Shown here one piece after another: positions 36,053 through 44,811 of a stretch of DNA of 64,000 bases. Where the stretch lies: positions 1,632,001 to 1,696,000 of the forward strand of contig OZ245033.1 of assembly GCA_965224025.1 (NCBI GenBank). The letters run 5' to 3'. The position numbers and the translations under genes are program-made. Source of the DNA: Candidatus Multivorans sp. (GTDB lineage: Bacteria; Acidobacteriota; Thermoanaerobaculia; Multivoradales; Multivoraceae). The first letter of the stretch is position 1. Each line of letters starts with the position of its first letter. Below the pieces are notes generated by a model that was given only the letters and a program-made list of their open reading frames with translations, had not been told where the DNA came from and made no database searches.

Positions 36053-36568
36053 CTAGTTCCGCGGACGCGGACCGCGACCACCTGGACCGAAGGACCCCCG
36101 GGAACCGCGCCGACCGTTCTCCCGCAGGGCTTCCCAGCGGATCGTCTGGTCACGGTCGAGCAGACGTGCCAGGTCCTCGTCGACCTGAGTCCGCGACGCC
36201 CTCAACTGGCGCCCGATGTTCCGGCGGTCGAGCTCCAACTGGCCTACGACAGTCGGATCGGGGTTCTCCAGATTCGCCTCGGTCTCGAGACGTTCCGAGA
36301 TGTCGCGCATCTGGCTCAACAGTGGGCGGACGTTCTCTTCATGCTGCTCGCGGACCCGACGCCACTCTTCCCGCTGGTCCTCAGCGAGTTGGAGCACTCG
36401 CGCCATGCGCTCGGCGTCGCGCTCCGCGAAGTCGCCGCGCATCCCGCGTTTGGACTGCCGACCCTCGCCCTCCTCGGCCGCCGCGAACGCGGCCGTGGCC
36501 ACAAGCAGCAGACCGGGGAGCACGGTGCGGGCTACCAGGATGGAGCGGTTCAGTAGTGATTTCTTCAT
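36053..36568 (-). CDS. Spy/CpxP-like periplasmic protein
   Basis: Signal peptide; LQLAEDQ and LLDRDQ (LTxxQ-like) helices; AGGAGG SD; divergent from a two-component system. Confidence 0.75.
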   Translation of the reverse strand: MKKSLLNRSILVARTVLPGLLLVATAAFAAAEEGEGRQSKRGMRGDFAERDAERMARVLQLAEDQREEWRRVREQHEENVRPLLSQMRDISERLETEANLENPDPTVVGQLELDRRNIGRQLRASRTQVDEDLARLLDRDQTIRWEALRENGRRGSRGSFGPGGRGPRPRN

Positions 36569-36716
36569 TTCAAGCACCTCCTAAGGGGGCTGAGAATCAA
36601 ACGTGAAGAGACAGTACGGGGTTAGCCGGAGGTCAGTCATCAAGCCGGCGCAAGATGTTTGTAACGCTTGTAAAGCCCTACAATGACGAGGTTTCCGCGG
36701 CGCTACACTGCCAACC

Positions 36717-38516
36717 ATGCCTGTTGCCGGCAGCCCGCGGAGCGCGCGCGGTTCGAGCGATCGCTGGACCCTGATCGTCGCGGCGGTCGCCTCGTTGCTG
36801 CTGGTGACGCTCGCCGTCCTGCAGTACCGGTGGACCGGCGAACTGAGCGCCGCCGCCAACGAACGGATGCGGGCGAACCTGGAGGAGTCGAGCCGGCTGC
36901 TTGCCAACGACATCGACGTCCCGCTGGCCCAGCTCCGTGCCTCGTTCCTGCGCACCGTGGCTCGGGTCGATCCGCGCCGGAGCCGGGACGGCGCATCCGA
37001 GCGGCTGGAGGCGCTGCTTGCGCGAGTCGTCCTGGACTGGCGCGAGAGCGCCGCCTTCCCGGACCTTCTGGACCGGACCTGGATCGTGGTCGCCGACCGC
37101 CGCGAAGGGAGACTCGGTGTCCTCAGGCTCGACGAGGACGGCGGCCGGTTCCAGCCCGACCCCGGACCCGACGACCTGGAAGAGCTCGTTCGCCCCTTGC
37201 GGCCGCCAGGCCGCCGGCTACCCGAGGCCCGCACGGATCGACTGGTGATCCCGGTCCCCGCCCGGACGCCTGGCGGCCGACCCGGACCGCCGACGACCCT
37301 GATCGTGGCCAGCCTGGACGTCTCGGTACTCGAACGGGAGATGCTGCCCGCGCTGATCGAACGCCACTTCGGCGCCACACCTTCAGGCGAGGAGCCGCCC
37401 TATCGGGTTTCGGTGACCGACGTGTCCGGTCCCGCGCCGCGCCAGGTCTTTCCCGACCCGGCCGCTCCAGGGCACACGTCCACCGCTCCAGCCGACGCTG
37501 CGGACATCGAGTTCCGGGCGCTGCGGATGCGGCCGTTCCCCGAACGCCGCGACGACCGCGACCGACCGGGCTTCCGACCAAACGACCGCGACGACCGGCG
37601 TCCCTCGCCCGGCGAACGAGCACGTCGCGGCCGCACCGAACCCGACCCGCCGGACGGCGCCTGGCTGGTGCGGATCACGCACCGCCGCGGATCGCTCGAA
37701 GCCGTTACGGAAATGGCCCGCCGGCGCAATCTCTACGTCAGTTCCGGTGCCCTGTTCCTGATCGGCGTCGCCTTCGCCCTGGTCCTGGTGTCCGCCCGTC
37801 GCGCCCGAGCTCTGGCCGCTCAGCAGGTCGACTTCGTGGCCGGTGTCTCCCATGAGTTGAACACGCCGCTGCAGGCGATCCGTTCGGCGGGTGAGAACCT
37901 GCGCGCCGGGATCGTGCGCGAGCCCGCGGACGTCCGCGGCTACGGCGAGTTGATCGACCGCGAGGGGCGGCGGCTCCTGCGCCTGGTCGAGCAGGTACTC
38001 CAGTGGGCAGGCATCGGCCGTCGCCCCGAGCCGGTGCAGACCGAGCAACTCGACGCGGGCGCACTCCTCCGCACGGTCATCGCCGAGTCGAACTGGTTCC
38101 TGGAGGAACACGGAGTCGAGCTCGACGTGTCCGGTCTCGACGATCTGCCCGCGATCCAGGGCGACCGCGACGCCCTCAACCTGGCCTTTGCCAACATCCT
38201 CCACAACGCGGCCAAGTACGGAGCGGACGAAGACGGTTCGGTCCGCGTGCGCGTCGATGCCGGATTCGACGGGGACCGGCAACGGGTAGTCGTCAGGGTC
38301 ACCGACGGCGGTCCCGGCATCCCGGCCGCGGAGCGGCAACGCATCTTCGAACCCTTCGTTCGCGGCCGCCGAGCGACCGAGGGAACGATCGCCGGCTCCG
38401 GCCTCGGACTGAGCCTCGCGCGAAAGACGATCGAAGGTCACGGCGGCTCGATCACCGTCGACAGCGAACCCGGCCACACGACGTTCCGCGTCTCCCTGCC
38501 GGCGAACACCGAATGA
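36717..38516 (+). CDS. Sensor histidine kinase
   Basis: Two TM segments; SHELNTPL H-box, NAAKY, DGGPG, GSGLGL. Confidence 0.93.
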   Translation: MPVAGSPRSARGSSDRWTLIVAAVASLLLVTLAVLQYRWTGELSAAANERMRANLEESSRLLANDIDVPLAQLRASFLRTVARVDPRRSRDGASERLEALLARVVLDWRESAAFPDLLDRTWIVVADRREGRLGVLRLDEDGGRFQPDPGPDDLEELVRPLRPPGRRLPEARTDRLVIPVPARTPGGRPGPPTTLIVASLDVSVLEREMLPALIERHFGATPSGEEPPYRVSVTDVSGPAPRQVFPDPAAPGHTSTAPADAADIEFRALRMRPFPERRDDRDRPGFRPNDRDDRRPSPGERARRGRTEPDPPDGAWLVRITHRRGSLEAVTEMARRRNLYVSSGALFLIGVAFALVLVSARRARALAAQQVDFVAGVSHELNTPLQAIRSAGENLRAGIVREPADVRGYGELIDREGRRLLRLVEQVLQWAGIGRRPEPVQTEQLDAGALLRTVIAESNWFLEEHGVELDVSGLDDLPAIQGDRDALNLAFANILHNAAKYGADEDGSVRVRVDAGFDGDRQRVVVRVTDGGPGIPAAERQRIFEPFVRGRRATEGTIAGSGLGLSLARKTIEGHGGSITVDSEPGHTTFRVSLPANTE

Positions 38517-38536
38517 CCGCCCGGCATCCGCCGCCC

Positions 38537-38565
38537 CCGGGAACGGAGGCCTCCAGCCGGCATCC
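38537..38565. repeat. Degenerate REP-like palindrome (family 2)
   Basis: CCGGGAACGGAGGCCTCCAGCCGGCATCC shares GGCC(T)TCC.GCCGGCATCC with 23940. Confidence 0.4.
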
Positions 38566-38583
38566 CCGAACTTCGGGCGTCCC

Positions 38584-39306
38584 ATGACCGCCCATCGCCT
38601 GCTACTGGTCGAAGACGAACCGAGCCTGGCGCGCACGGTGAGCGACCGCCTGGTCGCCGAAGGCTACGACGTCGAAGTCGCGGCCGACGGCCCTTCGGGC
38701 GAACGGATGGCCACCGAGGGCGGCTTCGACCTCGTGCTGCTCGACATCAGCCTGCCGAGGAAGAACGGCTTCGACGTCTGCCGCGATCTCCGCCAGCAAG
38801 GCGTCACAACGCCAATCCTGATGTTGACCGCCCGCAACGAGCTCGTCGACCGCGTCCTCGGCCTGAAGCTGGGCGCCGACGACTACCTCTCCAAACCCTT
38901 CGAGACGCTGGAACTCCTGGCGCGGATCGAGGCGCTGCTACGACGGAGCCAGGCGGGGACAGCGGCGTCAAGCGCGGTTGCCGACACTGCCCACGGCTAC
39001 CGTTTCGGCGACGTCCGCGTCGACTTCGACCGCGCACAGGTGTGGCGCACCGGCGAAGACGGCACCGAGGCCGAGATCGCCCGCTCGGCGCTCGAGTACC
39101 GGCTGCTGCGGTTCCTGATCGAGCGCCGCGGCCAGGTCCACGACCGCGACCGTCTGCTCGACGAGGTGTGGGGCTACGACGCCACTCCGACGACCCGCAC
39201 CGTCGACGTGCACGTGTCGTCACTGCGGCAGAAGGTGGAACCGAACCCGGGCCAGCCGGAGTTCATCGTCACGGTCCACGGGCTCGGCTATCGGTTCGAC
39301 GGCTGA
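38584..39306 (+). CDS. OmpR/PhoB family response regulator
   Basis: LVEDE, LLD, GADDYLSKPF, RTVDVHV, TVHGLGYRF. Confidence 0.95.
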   Translation: MTAHRLLLVEDEPSLARTVSDRLVAEGYDVEVAADGPSGERMATEGGFDLVLLDISLPRKNGFDVCRDLRQQGVTTPILMLTARNELVDRVLGLKLGADDYLSKPFETLELLARIEALLRRSQAGTAASSAVADTAHGYRFGDVRVDFDRAQVWRTGEDGTEAEIARSALEYRLLRFLIERRGQVHDRDRLLDEVWGYDATPTTRTVDVHVSSLRQKVEPNPGQPEFIVTVHGLGYRFDG

Positions 39307-39449
39307 TGACGCGCGCCCGGGCGCGATAACCTCCGCTGCTCCGCAGCAAGCGCCGCGTCGCCCACGCCGCCAGCATACGTGCTGGTCGCCGGCCGGCGCC
39401 AGAACTGGAACCGCCGCCGCCAGCCTGTCGCCCCATGCTAGATTCCGCC

Positions 39450-40316
39450 ATGGCTCCGGAGCTGTTCCTGCGACGAATCAAGGAGGAGTTCCCGGAGATT
39501 GCCTGGAACACGTATCGTCACCTGACGCACGGCTGGGACCACGCCGTTCTGATCCTCGACGAAGCACTTGTCTTCAGGGCCCCGAAGGCTCCGACGAGCC
39601 TGAGCGAAGTCGAGAACGAAGCCGGGCTGCTGCGCCACCTCGAACGCAAGCTCCAGGTCGGCATTCCTCGGTACATCTACCAGGCGGCGGACGGCTCGTT
39701 CGGCGGCTACAGGCTCCTTTCCGGCCGTGAGCTGGATCCGGGCACGTTCCGGAAACTCTCCGCGGAGGAAAGCGAGACCATCGCGGGGCAGCTCGCCGCA
39801 TTCCTGACCTCGATGCACGAGATACCGAAGTCCGTCGCCCGACGGCACCAGGTACCGGAGGAAGATGCCGCGAAGGACTACGAAGATCTCGTTCGCGACA
39901 CCGAAGCGCTTGTGTTCCCGCATCTCGCACGTCGGGATACGCTGGCCATCGAGGCATTCCTCACCGAGCTGGCTGCCGAGCTGGAGCAAGGCAGTCCAAC
40001 CGGTCTCCTGCACGGCGACCTCAGCGGCGAGCACATCTTGTGGGACGCGGGGAAGCGGCAGGTCAACATCATCGACTTCAGCGATCGCATGCTGGGGGAC
40101 CCCGCCATCGATTTCGCCGGTCTGCTCGCCTACGGGCGGGGGTTCGCTGAACGCGTATTCGAGGAGTACGGCGGGCCGGGGGACGAGCGGACGTTCCGGA
40201 GGGCGCGGCTGTGCTTCAAGCGGACCGCGCTCGAGACGATGGTGCATTCGCTCCAGGGCTATCCGTGCACTTTCGAGGAAGGCTACGCGGAGTTTGAGGA
40301 GAGGTTCGACGGATGA
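39450..40316 (+). CDS. Aminoglycoside phosphotransferase (APH) family kinase
   Basis: GWDH, VFR, HGDLSGEHIL, IIDFSD, GDPAIDFA. Confidence 0.85.
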   Translation: MAPELFLRRIKEEFPEIAWNTYRHLTHGWDHAVLILDEALVFRAPKAPTSLSEVENEAGLLRHLERKLQVGIPRYIYQAADGSFGGYRLLSGRELDPGTFRKLSAEESETIAGQLAAFLTSMHEIPKSVARRHQVPEEDAAKDYEDLVRDTEALVFPHLARRDTLAIEAFLTELAAELEQGSPTGLLHGDLSGEHILWDAGKRQVNIIDFSDRMLGDPAIDFAGLLAYGRGFAERVFEEYGGPGDERTFRRARLCFKRTALETMVHSLQGYPCTFEEGYAEFEERFDG

Positions 40317-40382
40317 ACGCCGCCAGGGCGGCGATCCGATAGCCTTCGCTGCTTCGCAGCAAGCGCCTCGGCTCCAGCCGCC

Positions 40383-43300
40383 ATGACCGACGACACGACG
40401 ACTTCCAGGCCCCTCGACTTCATCCGCGAGCGGGTGCGCGCCGATGTCGCGGCCGGCAAGCACGGCGGCAGCGTCGTCACCCGATTCCCTCCGGAGCCGA
40501 ACGGCTACCTCCACATCGGCCACGCGAAGGCGATCTGCCTCGACTTCGGCGTCGCCGAGGAGCACGGCGGCCACTGCAACCTGCGCTTCGACGACACGAA
40601 CCCGACCGCGGAGGACACCGAGTACGTCGAGGCGATCGAGCGCGACGTGCACTGGCTCGGTTTCGACTGGGGCGGCGAGACGCTCTACGCGTCGGACTAC
40701 TTCGACCAGCTCTACGAATGGGCGGTCGAGCTGATCCGCAAGGGCAAGGCCTACGTCTGCAGCCTGAGTCCGGAGGAGGCGCGCGCCTACCGCGGGCGCT
40801 GGAACGAGCCGGGCCGCGAGAGCCCCGACCGCAACCGCTCCGTGGAAGAGAATCTCGACCTGTTCGAACGGATGAAGAACGGCGAGTTCGCGAACGGAGC
40901 GCACACGTTGCGCGCCAAGATCGACATGTCGTCGTCGAACATGAACCTGCGCGACCCGGTGCTCTACCGGATCCTCCACGCCGAGCACCACCGCACGGGC
41001 TCCAGGTGGTGCATCTACCCCATGTACGACTGGGCCCACGGCCAGTCCGACGCGATCGAGGGCGTGACCCACTCGCTTTGCACCCTCGAGTTCGAGGACC
41101 ACCGGCCTCTCTACGACTGGTTCCTCGACCACATCGACGGCATCCACCTGCCGCAGCAGATCGAGTTCGCCCGCCTCAACCTGACTTACGCCCTGACCTC
41201 GAAGCGCAAGCTCAGGCGGCTGATCGACGAAGGTCTCGTCGACGGCTGGGACGATCCGCGCATGCCCACGCTGACGGCGCTACGCCGCCGAGGCTGCCCG
41301 CCCGAAGCGATCCGCGACCTCTGCGCGCGCGTCGGCCTGACCAAGAATGACTCGGTCGTCGACCTGAGCCAGCTCGAGTTCGCGATCCGCAACGAACTGA
41401 ACCGGACCGCGCCGCGGGTCATGGGCGTGCTTCGCCCGCTCAAGGTGGTGATCGAGAACTACCCCGATGACCACGAAGAGGAACTCGAGGCGATCAACAA
41501 CCCGGAGGATGCTTCCGCCGGGACACGCAAGGTGCCGTTCTCCAAGGTCCTCTACATCGAACGGGACGACTTCCGCCGCGACCCGCCGCGGAAGTTCTTC
41601 CGCCTCGCGCCGGGGCGAGAGGTGCGGCTCCGCTACGCCTATTTCATCACCTGCACCGAGGCGATCGAGGACGAAGAGGGGAACGTCGTCGAACTCCGCT
41701 GCACCTACGATCCGGCGACGCGCGGCGGCGACGCGCCGGACGGCCGCAAGGTCAAGGCCACCCTGCACTGGGTGTCTGCGGCGCACGCGATCCCGGCCGA
41801 GGTCCGGCTCTACGACCGGCTGTTCAACCACCCGAATCCGGCCGGCGCACCCGGCGAGATCGACGATCACCTGAACCTCGGTTCGCTTGAAGTGCTGAAC
41901 GACTGCCGGCTGGAGCCGAGCCTAGCCGGCGCCGAGCCGGGTGACCGGGTCCAGTTCGAGCGGCTCGGCTACTTCTGTGTCGACCCAGACAGTACGCCCG
42001 GCGCGCCGGTGTTCAACCGGACTGTGACCCTTCGGGATACCTGGGCGAAGATCGAGCGGGCACAGAAGGCGGCCGGGAAGCGCTGGGCTTCGGTGCGACC
42101 CGACACCGCCGCCAACACCCGCTCGGCGCTACAGCATGCGGGAGCGGCACTGGATCGTCTCCGACAAACGGTGAACCAGTACGACGCCGAGCGAATCGAA
42201 CGGCTGCTCGCCGCACGTCTCGGCCTCGGCGAACTGAAACAGCGACTGAAGCGGCAACGTGACAAAGAAACCGCAGCGCTTCACGACCTCGCCCAAAGCA
42301 GGTCCGAACTGGACGAGCTTCAACGGGTCGGCGCCACCGAGCCACGTCGGGAACTCGACTTCTTCCAGATACTCAACGTTCACCACGCAGAGGAGGCCCA
42401 TTCCAATTTTCTCGGCTGGCTCCTCGATCCCGAGGGAACCCACGAAACAGGCAGCTCCTTCCTCAGGGAGTTCCTGACCAAGACCGCGAAAACAGCGGAA
42501 GAGCGGCGCATGTCAGGAATCGCCCTCTCGAGAGTGCAGGCAGCGGACTGGTCGGATACCGAAGTCAGGCGGGAATGGAAGTACATTGACATCCTGCTCT
42601 TGAACGACCGGGAGAAGGTCGTTTGTGCCATCGAGAACAAGGTCCGGGCGCCCGAAGGCATAGGCCAAGAAGGCGTGAGTCAACTCACCCGCTACCGACG
42701 ACTGCTGGAAGCGGAGTTCCCGAACCATGAGCGGCACTTCGTGTTCCTGACGCCGTCTGGCAAGGAATCAGGTATCAAAGACGAGCGGCGCTTCTGGATA
42801 CCCGAGGGCTACGCCGCCATTCATCAAACGCTAAAGGACCTGCTGGAACAGAGCGATGCGTTGGAGGGGTCCGACGCCCTCTACGCCCTGGCTCAGTACG
42901 AAACAACCCTGCGGAGGAACATCGTGACATCGGAAAGCGAAGTCGCCAAGCTGGCGAGGCGTATCTACCTGGAGCACCGAACGGCCCTGGAACTTGCCTT
43001 TCGACACAAGCCGGACTACAAGGCCGAACTCGGCCAGATGCTCAAGGAGGCCATCGCTGAGACCGATGGCTGGCTACTAGACTGGTCTACGCCCGCGTAC
43101 GTCCGGTTTCGGCCTACGAGTTGGGACCGCTTCGACTCTCAGCGTTCCGGCACGGGCTGGCCACCCTCCAAGACCTTGATCCTGTTCGAGGTCAACTGCG
43201 GAGAAGATCCGCTCAATTCGAAGCTACAGCTATGCTTAGGGTCGGGCGAGACCGCACCGATCCGTGAACAGGTCTACGCCCGCGCCCGACAGGACCCTTC

Positions 43301-43508
43301 TGTGTTCAAAGCCGGCGGTCGTCTGCAGGACTACACACACCTGCTCAAGCCTGTGGACCTTCTGGAGGAGGAAGACTTCGGCCCCGCTTGGGACAGCGGC
43401 GCAACCGCAGCCAGACTTCGCGATCGGTTGAGCCGTTTCTTCGAGGAACAGTTCCCGGCGATCGACGAACTCATCAACAGGTGCTTCGAGAACGCCGACT
43501 CCCGCTGA
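40383..43508 (+). CDS. glnS: Glutamine--tRNA ligase fused in frame to a PD-(D/E)XK (PDDEXK_4-like) nuclease
   Basis: [38 protein letters not shown] (to ~42070); helical linker; [31 protein letters not shown]. Confidence 0.9.
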   Translation: MTDDTTTSRPLDFIRERVRADVAAGKHGGSVVTRFPPEPNGYLHIGHAKAICLDFGVAEEHGGHCNLRFDDTNPTAEDTEYVEAIERDVHWLGFDWGGETLYASDYFDQLYEWAVELIRKGKAYVCSLSPEEARAYRGRWNEPGRESPDRNRSVEENLDLFERMKNGEFANGAHTLRAKIDMSSSNMNLRDPVLYRILHAEHHRTGSRWCIYPMYDWAHGQSDAIEGVTHSLCTLEFEDHRPLYDWFLDHIDGIHLPQQIEFARLNLTYALTSKRKLRRLIDEGLVDGWDDPRMPTLTALRRRGCPPEAIRDLCARVGLTKNDSVVDLSQLEFAIRNELNRTAPRVMGVLRPLKVVIENYPDDHEEELEAINNPEDASAGTRKVPFSKVLYIERDDFRRDPPRKFFRLAPGREVRLRYAYFITCTEAIEDEEGNVVELRCTYDPATRGGDAPDGRKVKATLHWVSAAHAIPAEVRLYDRLFNHPNPAGAPGEIDDHLNLGSLEVLNDCRLEPSLAGAEPGDRVQFERLGYFCVDPDSTPGAPVFNRTVTLRDTWAKIERAQKAAGKRWASVRPDTAANTRSALQHAGAALDRLRQTVNQYDAERIERLLAARLGLGELKQRLKRQRDKETAALHDLAQSRSELDELQRVGATEPRRELDFFQILNVHHAEEAHSNFLGWLLDPEGTHETGSSFLREFLTKTAKTAEERRMSGIALSRVQAADWSDTEVRREWKYIDILLLNDREKVVCAIENKVRAPEGIGQEGVSQLTRYRRLLEAEFPNHERHFVFLTPSGKESGIKDERRFWIPEGYAAIHQTLKDLLEQSDALEGSDALYALAQYETTLRRNIVTSESEVAKLARRIYLEHRTALELAFRHKPDYKAELGQMLKEAIAETDGWLLDWSTPAYVRFRPTSWDRFDSQRSGTGWPPSKTLILFEVNCGEDPLNSKLQLCLGSGETAPIREQVYARARQDPSVFKAGGRLQDYTHLLKPVDLLEEEDFGPAWDSGATAARLRDRLSRFFEEQFPAIDELINRCFENADSR

Positions 43509-43849
43509 GAGCCGGATAGAGCCACGGCCGGAACGGCACGTCGCACGCTCCTCCGGCAGCGTTCGGGGAACGCGTGGAGCCACCCCTGAATGCGTAATGG
43601 ATCCTGGAGTGGCGCCATGCCCAGTCCCGGGAGGTTCGTGAAAATCAGGTCTCCTCTCAAGGAACTCACCGCCGTTGAGCTGCGAACGACGAAAGCGGCG
43701 CTCGCCGTAGTACTCGGCTTGGGGCAGGACGCCGTTTCGGGTGCCTCACCGATCAGGGCCAGGGCTCGGGAGTTGGAGATGCACGAAGGGCACCCATGGC
43801 ACCCCTTCGTGCGCCGGCGACTCCCGGTCCGGCCTACAATCAAGGAGAC

Positions 43850-44392
43850 ATGGCTGACCGCCGATCATCCGATCAGAGCCGCGCGACCGCGCGACTGCTG
43901 AGCCAGTACGACAACCTCCTGGACACCGTCCTCAAGGCCTGCAAGGCACACTACGGGAGCCGACTGGCCGCCCTCGCCGTCTACGGATCCGTCGGCCGCG
44001 CCACGCCCAGGGCCGACTCCGACATAGACCTCCTCCTAGTCGCGGACGATCTGCCGGATGGTCGGATCGCTCGGGTCGAGGAGTTCCGCGCCATAGAGGA
44101 CCGGCTGCGGCCGTTGTTCGACACGGCCGCCGACCTCGGAATCCACACCCGTCTGGCGCCGATCTTCAAGACGCCCCGGGAACTCCGCCGCGGAACCCCG
44201 CTCCTGCTCGACATGACCGAGGACGCGCGCATCCTCCATGACCCCGATGGCTGCCTGGCCGACACCCTCGATCGCCTGCGCGACCGCCTCCGTGAACTGG
44301 GCTCGAAGCGGGTCTGGAAGGGCGACGAGTGGTACTGGGACCTGAAGCCCGACTACAAGCCCGGCGATGTCTTTGAACTGTTCCCAAGATGA
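43850..44392 (+). CDS. Minimal nucleotidyltransferase (MNT) antitoxin
   Basis: YGSVGR...DSDIDLL; AAGGAG SD and TACAAT upstream. Confidence 0.88.
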   Translation: MADRRSSDQSRATARLLSQYDNLLDTVLKACKAHYGSRLAALAVYGSVGRATPRADSDIDLLLVADDLPDGRIARVEEFRAIEDRLRPLFDTAADLGIHTRLAPIFKTPRELRRGTPLLLDMTEDARILHDPDGCLADTLDRLRDRLRELGSKRVWKGDEWYWDLKPDYKPGDVFELFPR

Positions 44393-44805
44393 CGACGAAC
44401 GGCGCTCTGGCGAGAAGCTACCTGGCCAAGGCGCAAGTGCGGCTCCGCGCCCTGGCTGTGTTCGTGGCCGAAGAGGCGCATTCCGACGTCATCCGGGAGG
44501 CGCAGGAACTCGTCGAGCTCGCGCTCAAGGGAATGCTCCGGCAGGCAGGCGTGGAGCCGCCCCACTGGCACGACGTAGGCAGCCTGTTCCGGGAACTGGC
44601 CGACCGCTTCGCCGGCCTCGACTCGGCCGACCTCGACCGAATCGCCGCCATCTCCTCCTGGCTGCACGCCGAACGGGAGCCGTCCTTCTACGGGGAACCG
44701 GGCCTGACCCCCACCGAGCGCTACACGGAAGCCGACGCGAAGCGGGCGTTCGACGACGCGTCGTGGGTTGTCTCAGTCGCTGCTCTCGTGATTCCTGCGG
44801 AGTAG
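44389..44805 (+). CDS. HEPN domain protein
   Basis: ATGA overlap with MNT; AQELVELALKG, PPHWHDV, REPSFYG. Confidence 0.85.
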   Translation: MTTNGALARSYLAKAQVRLRALAVFVAEEAHSDVIREAQELVELALKGMLRQAGVEPPHWHDVGSLFRELADRFAGLDSADLDRIAAISSWLHAEREPSFYGEPGLTPTERYTEADAKRAFDDASWVVSVAALVIPAE

Positions 44806-44811
44806 GATCCG

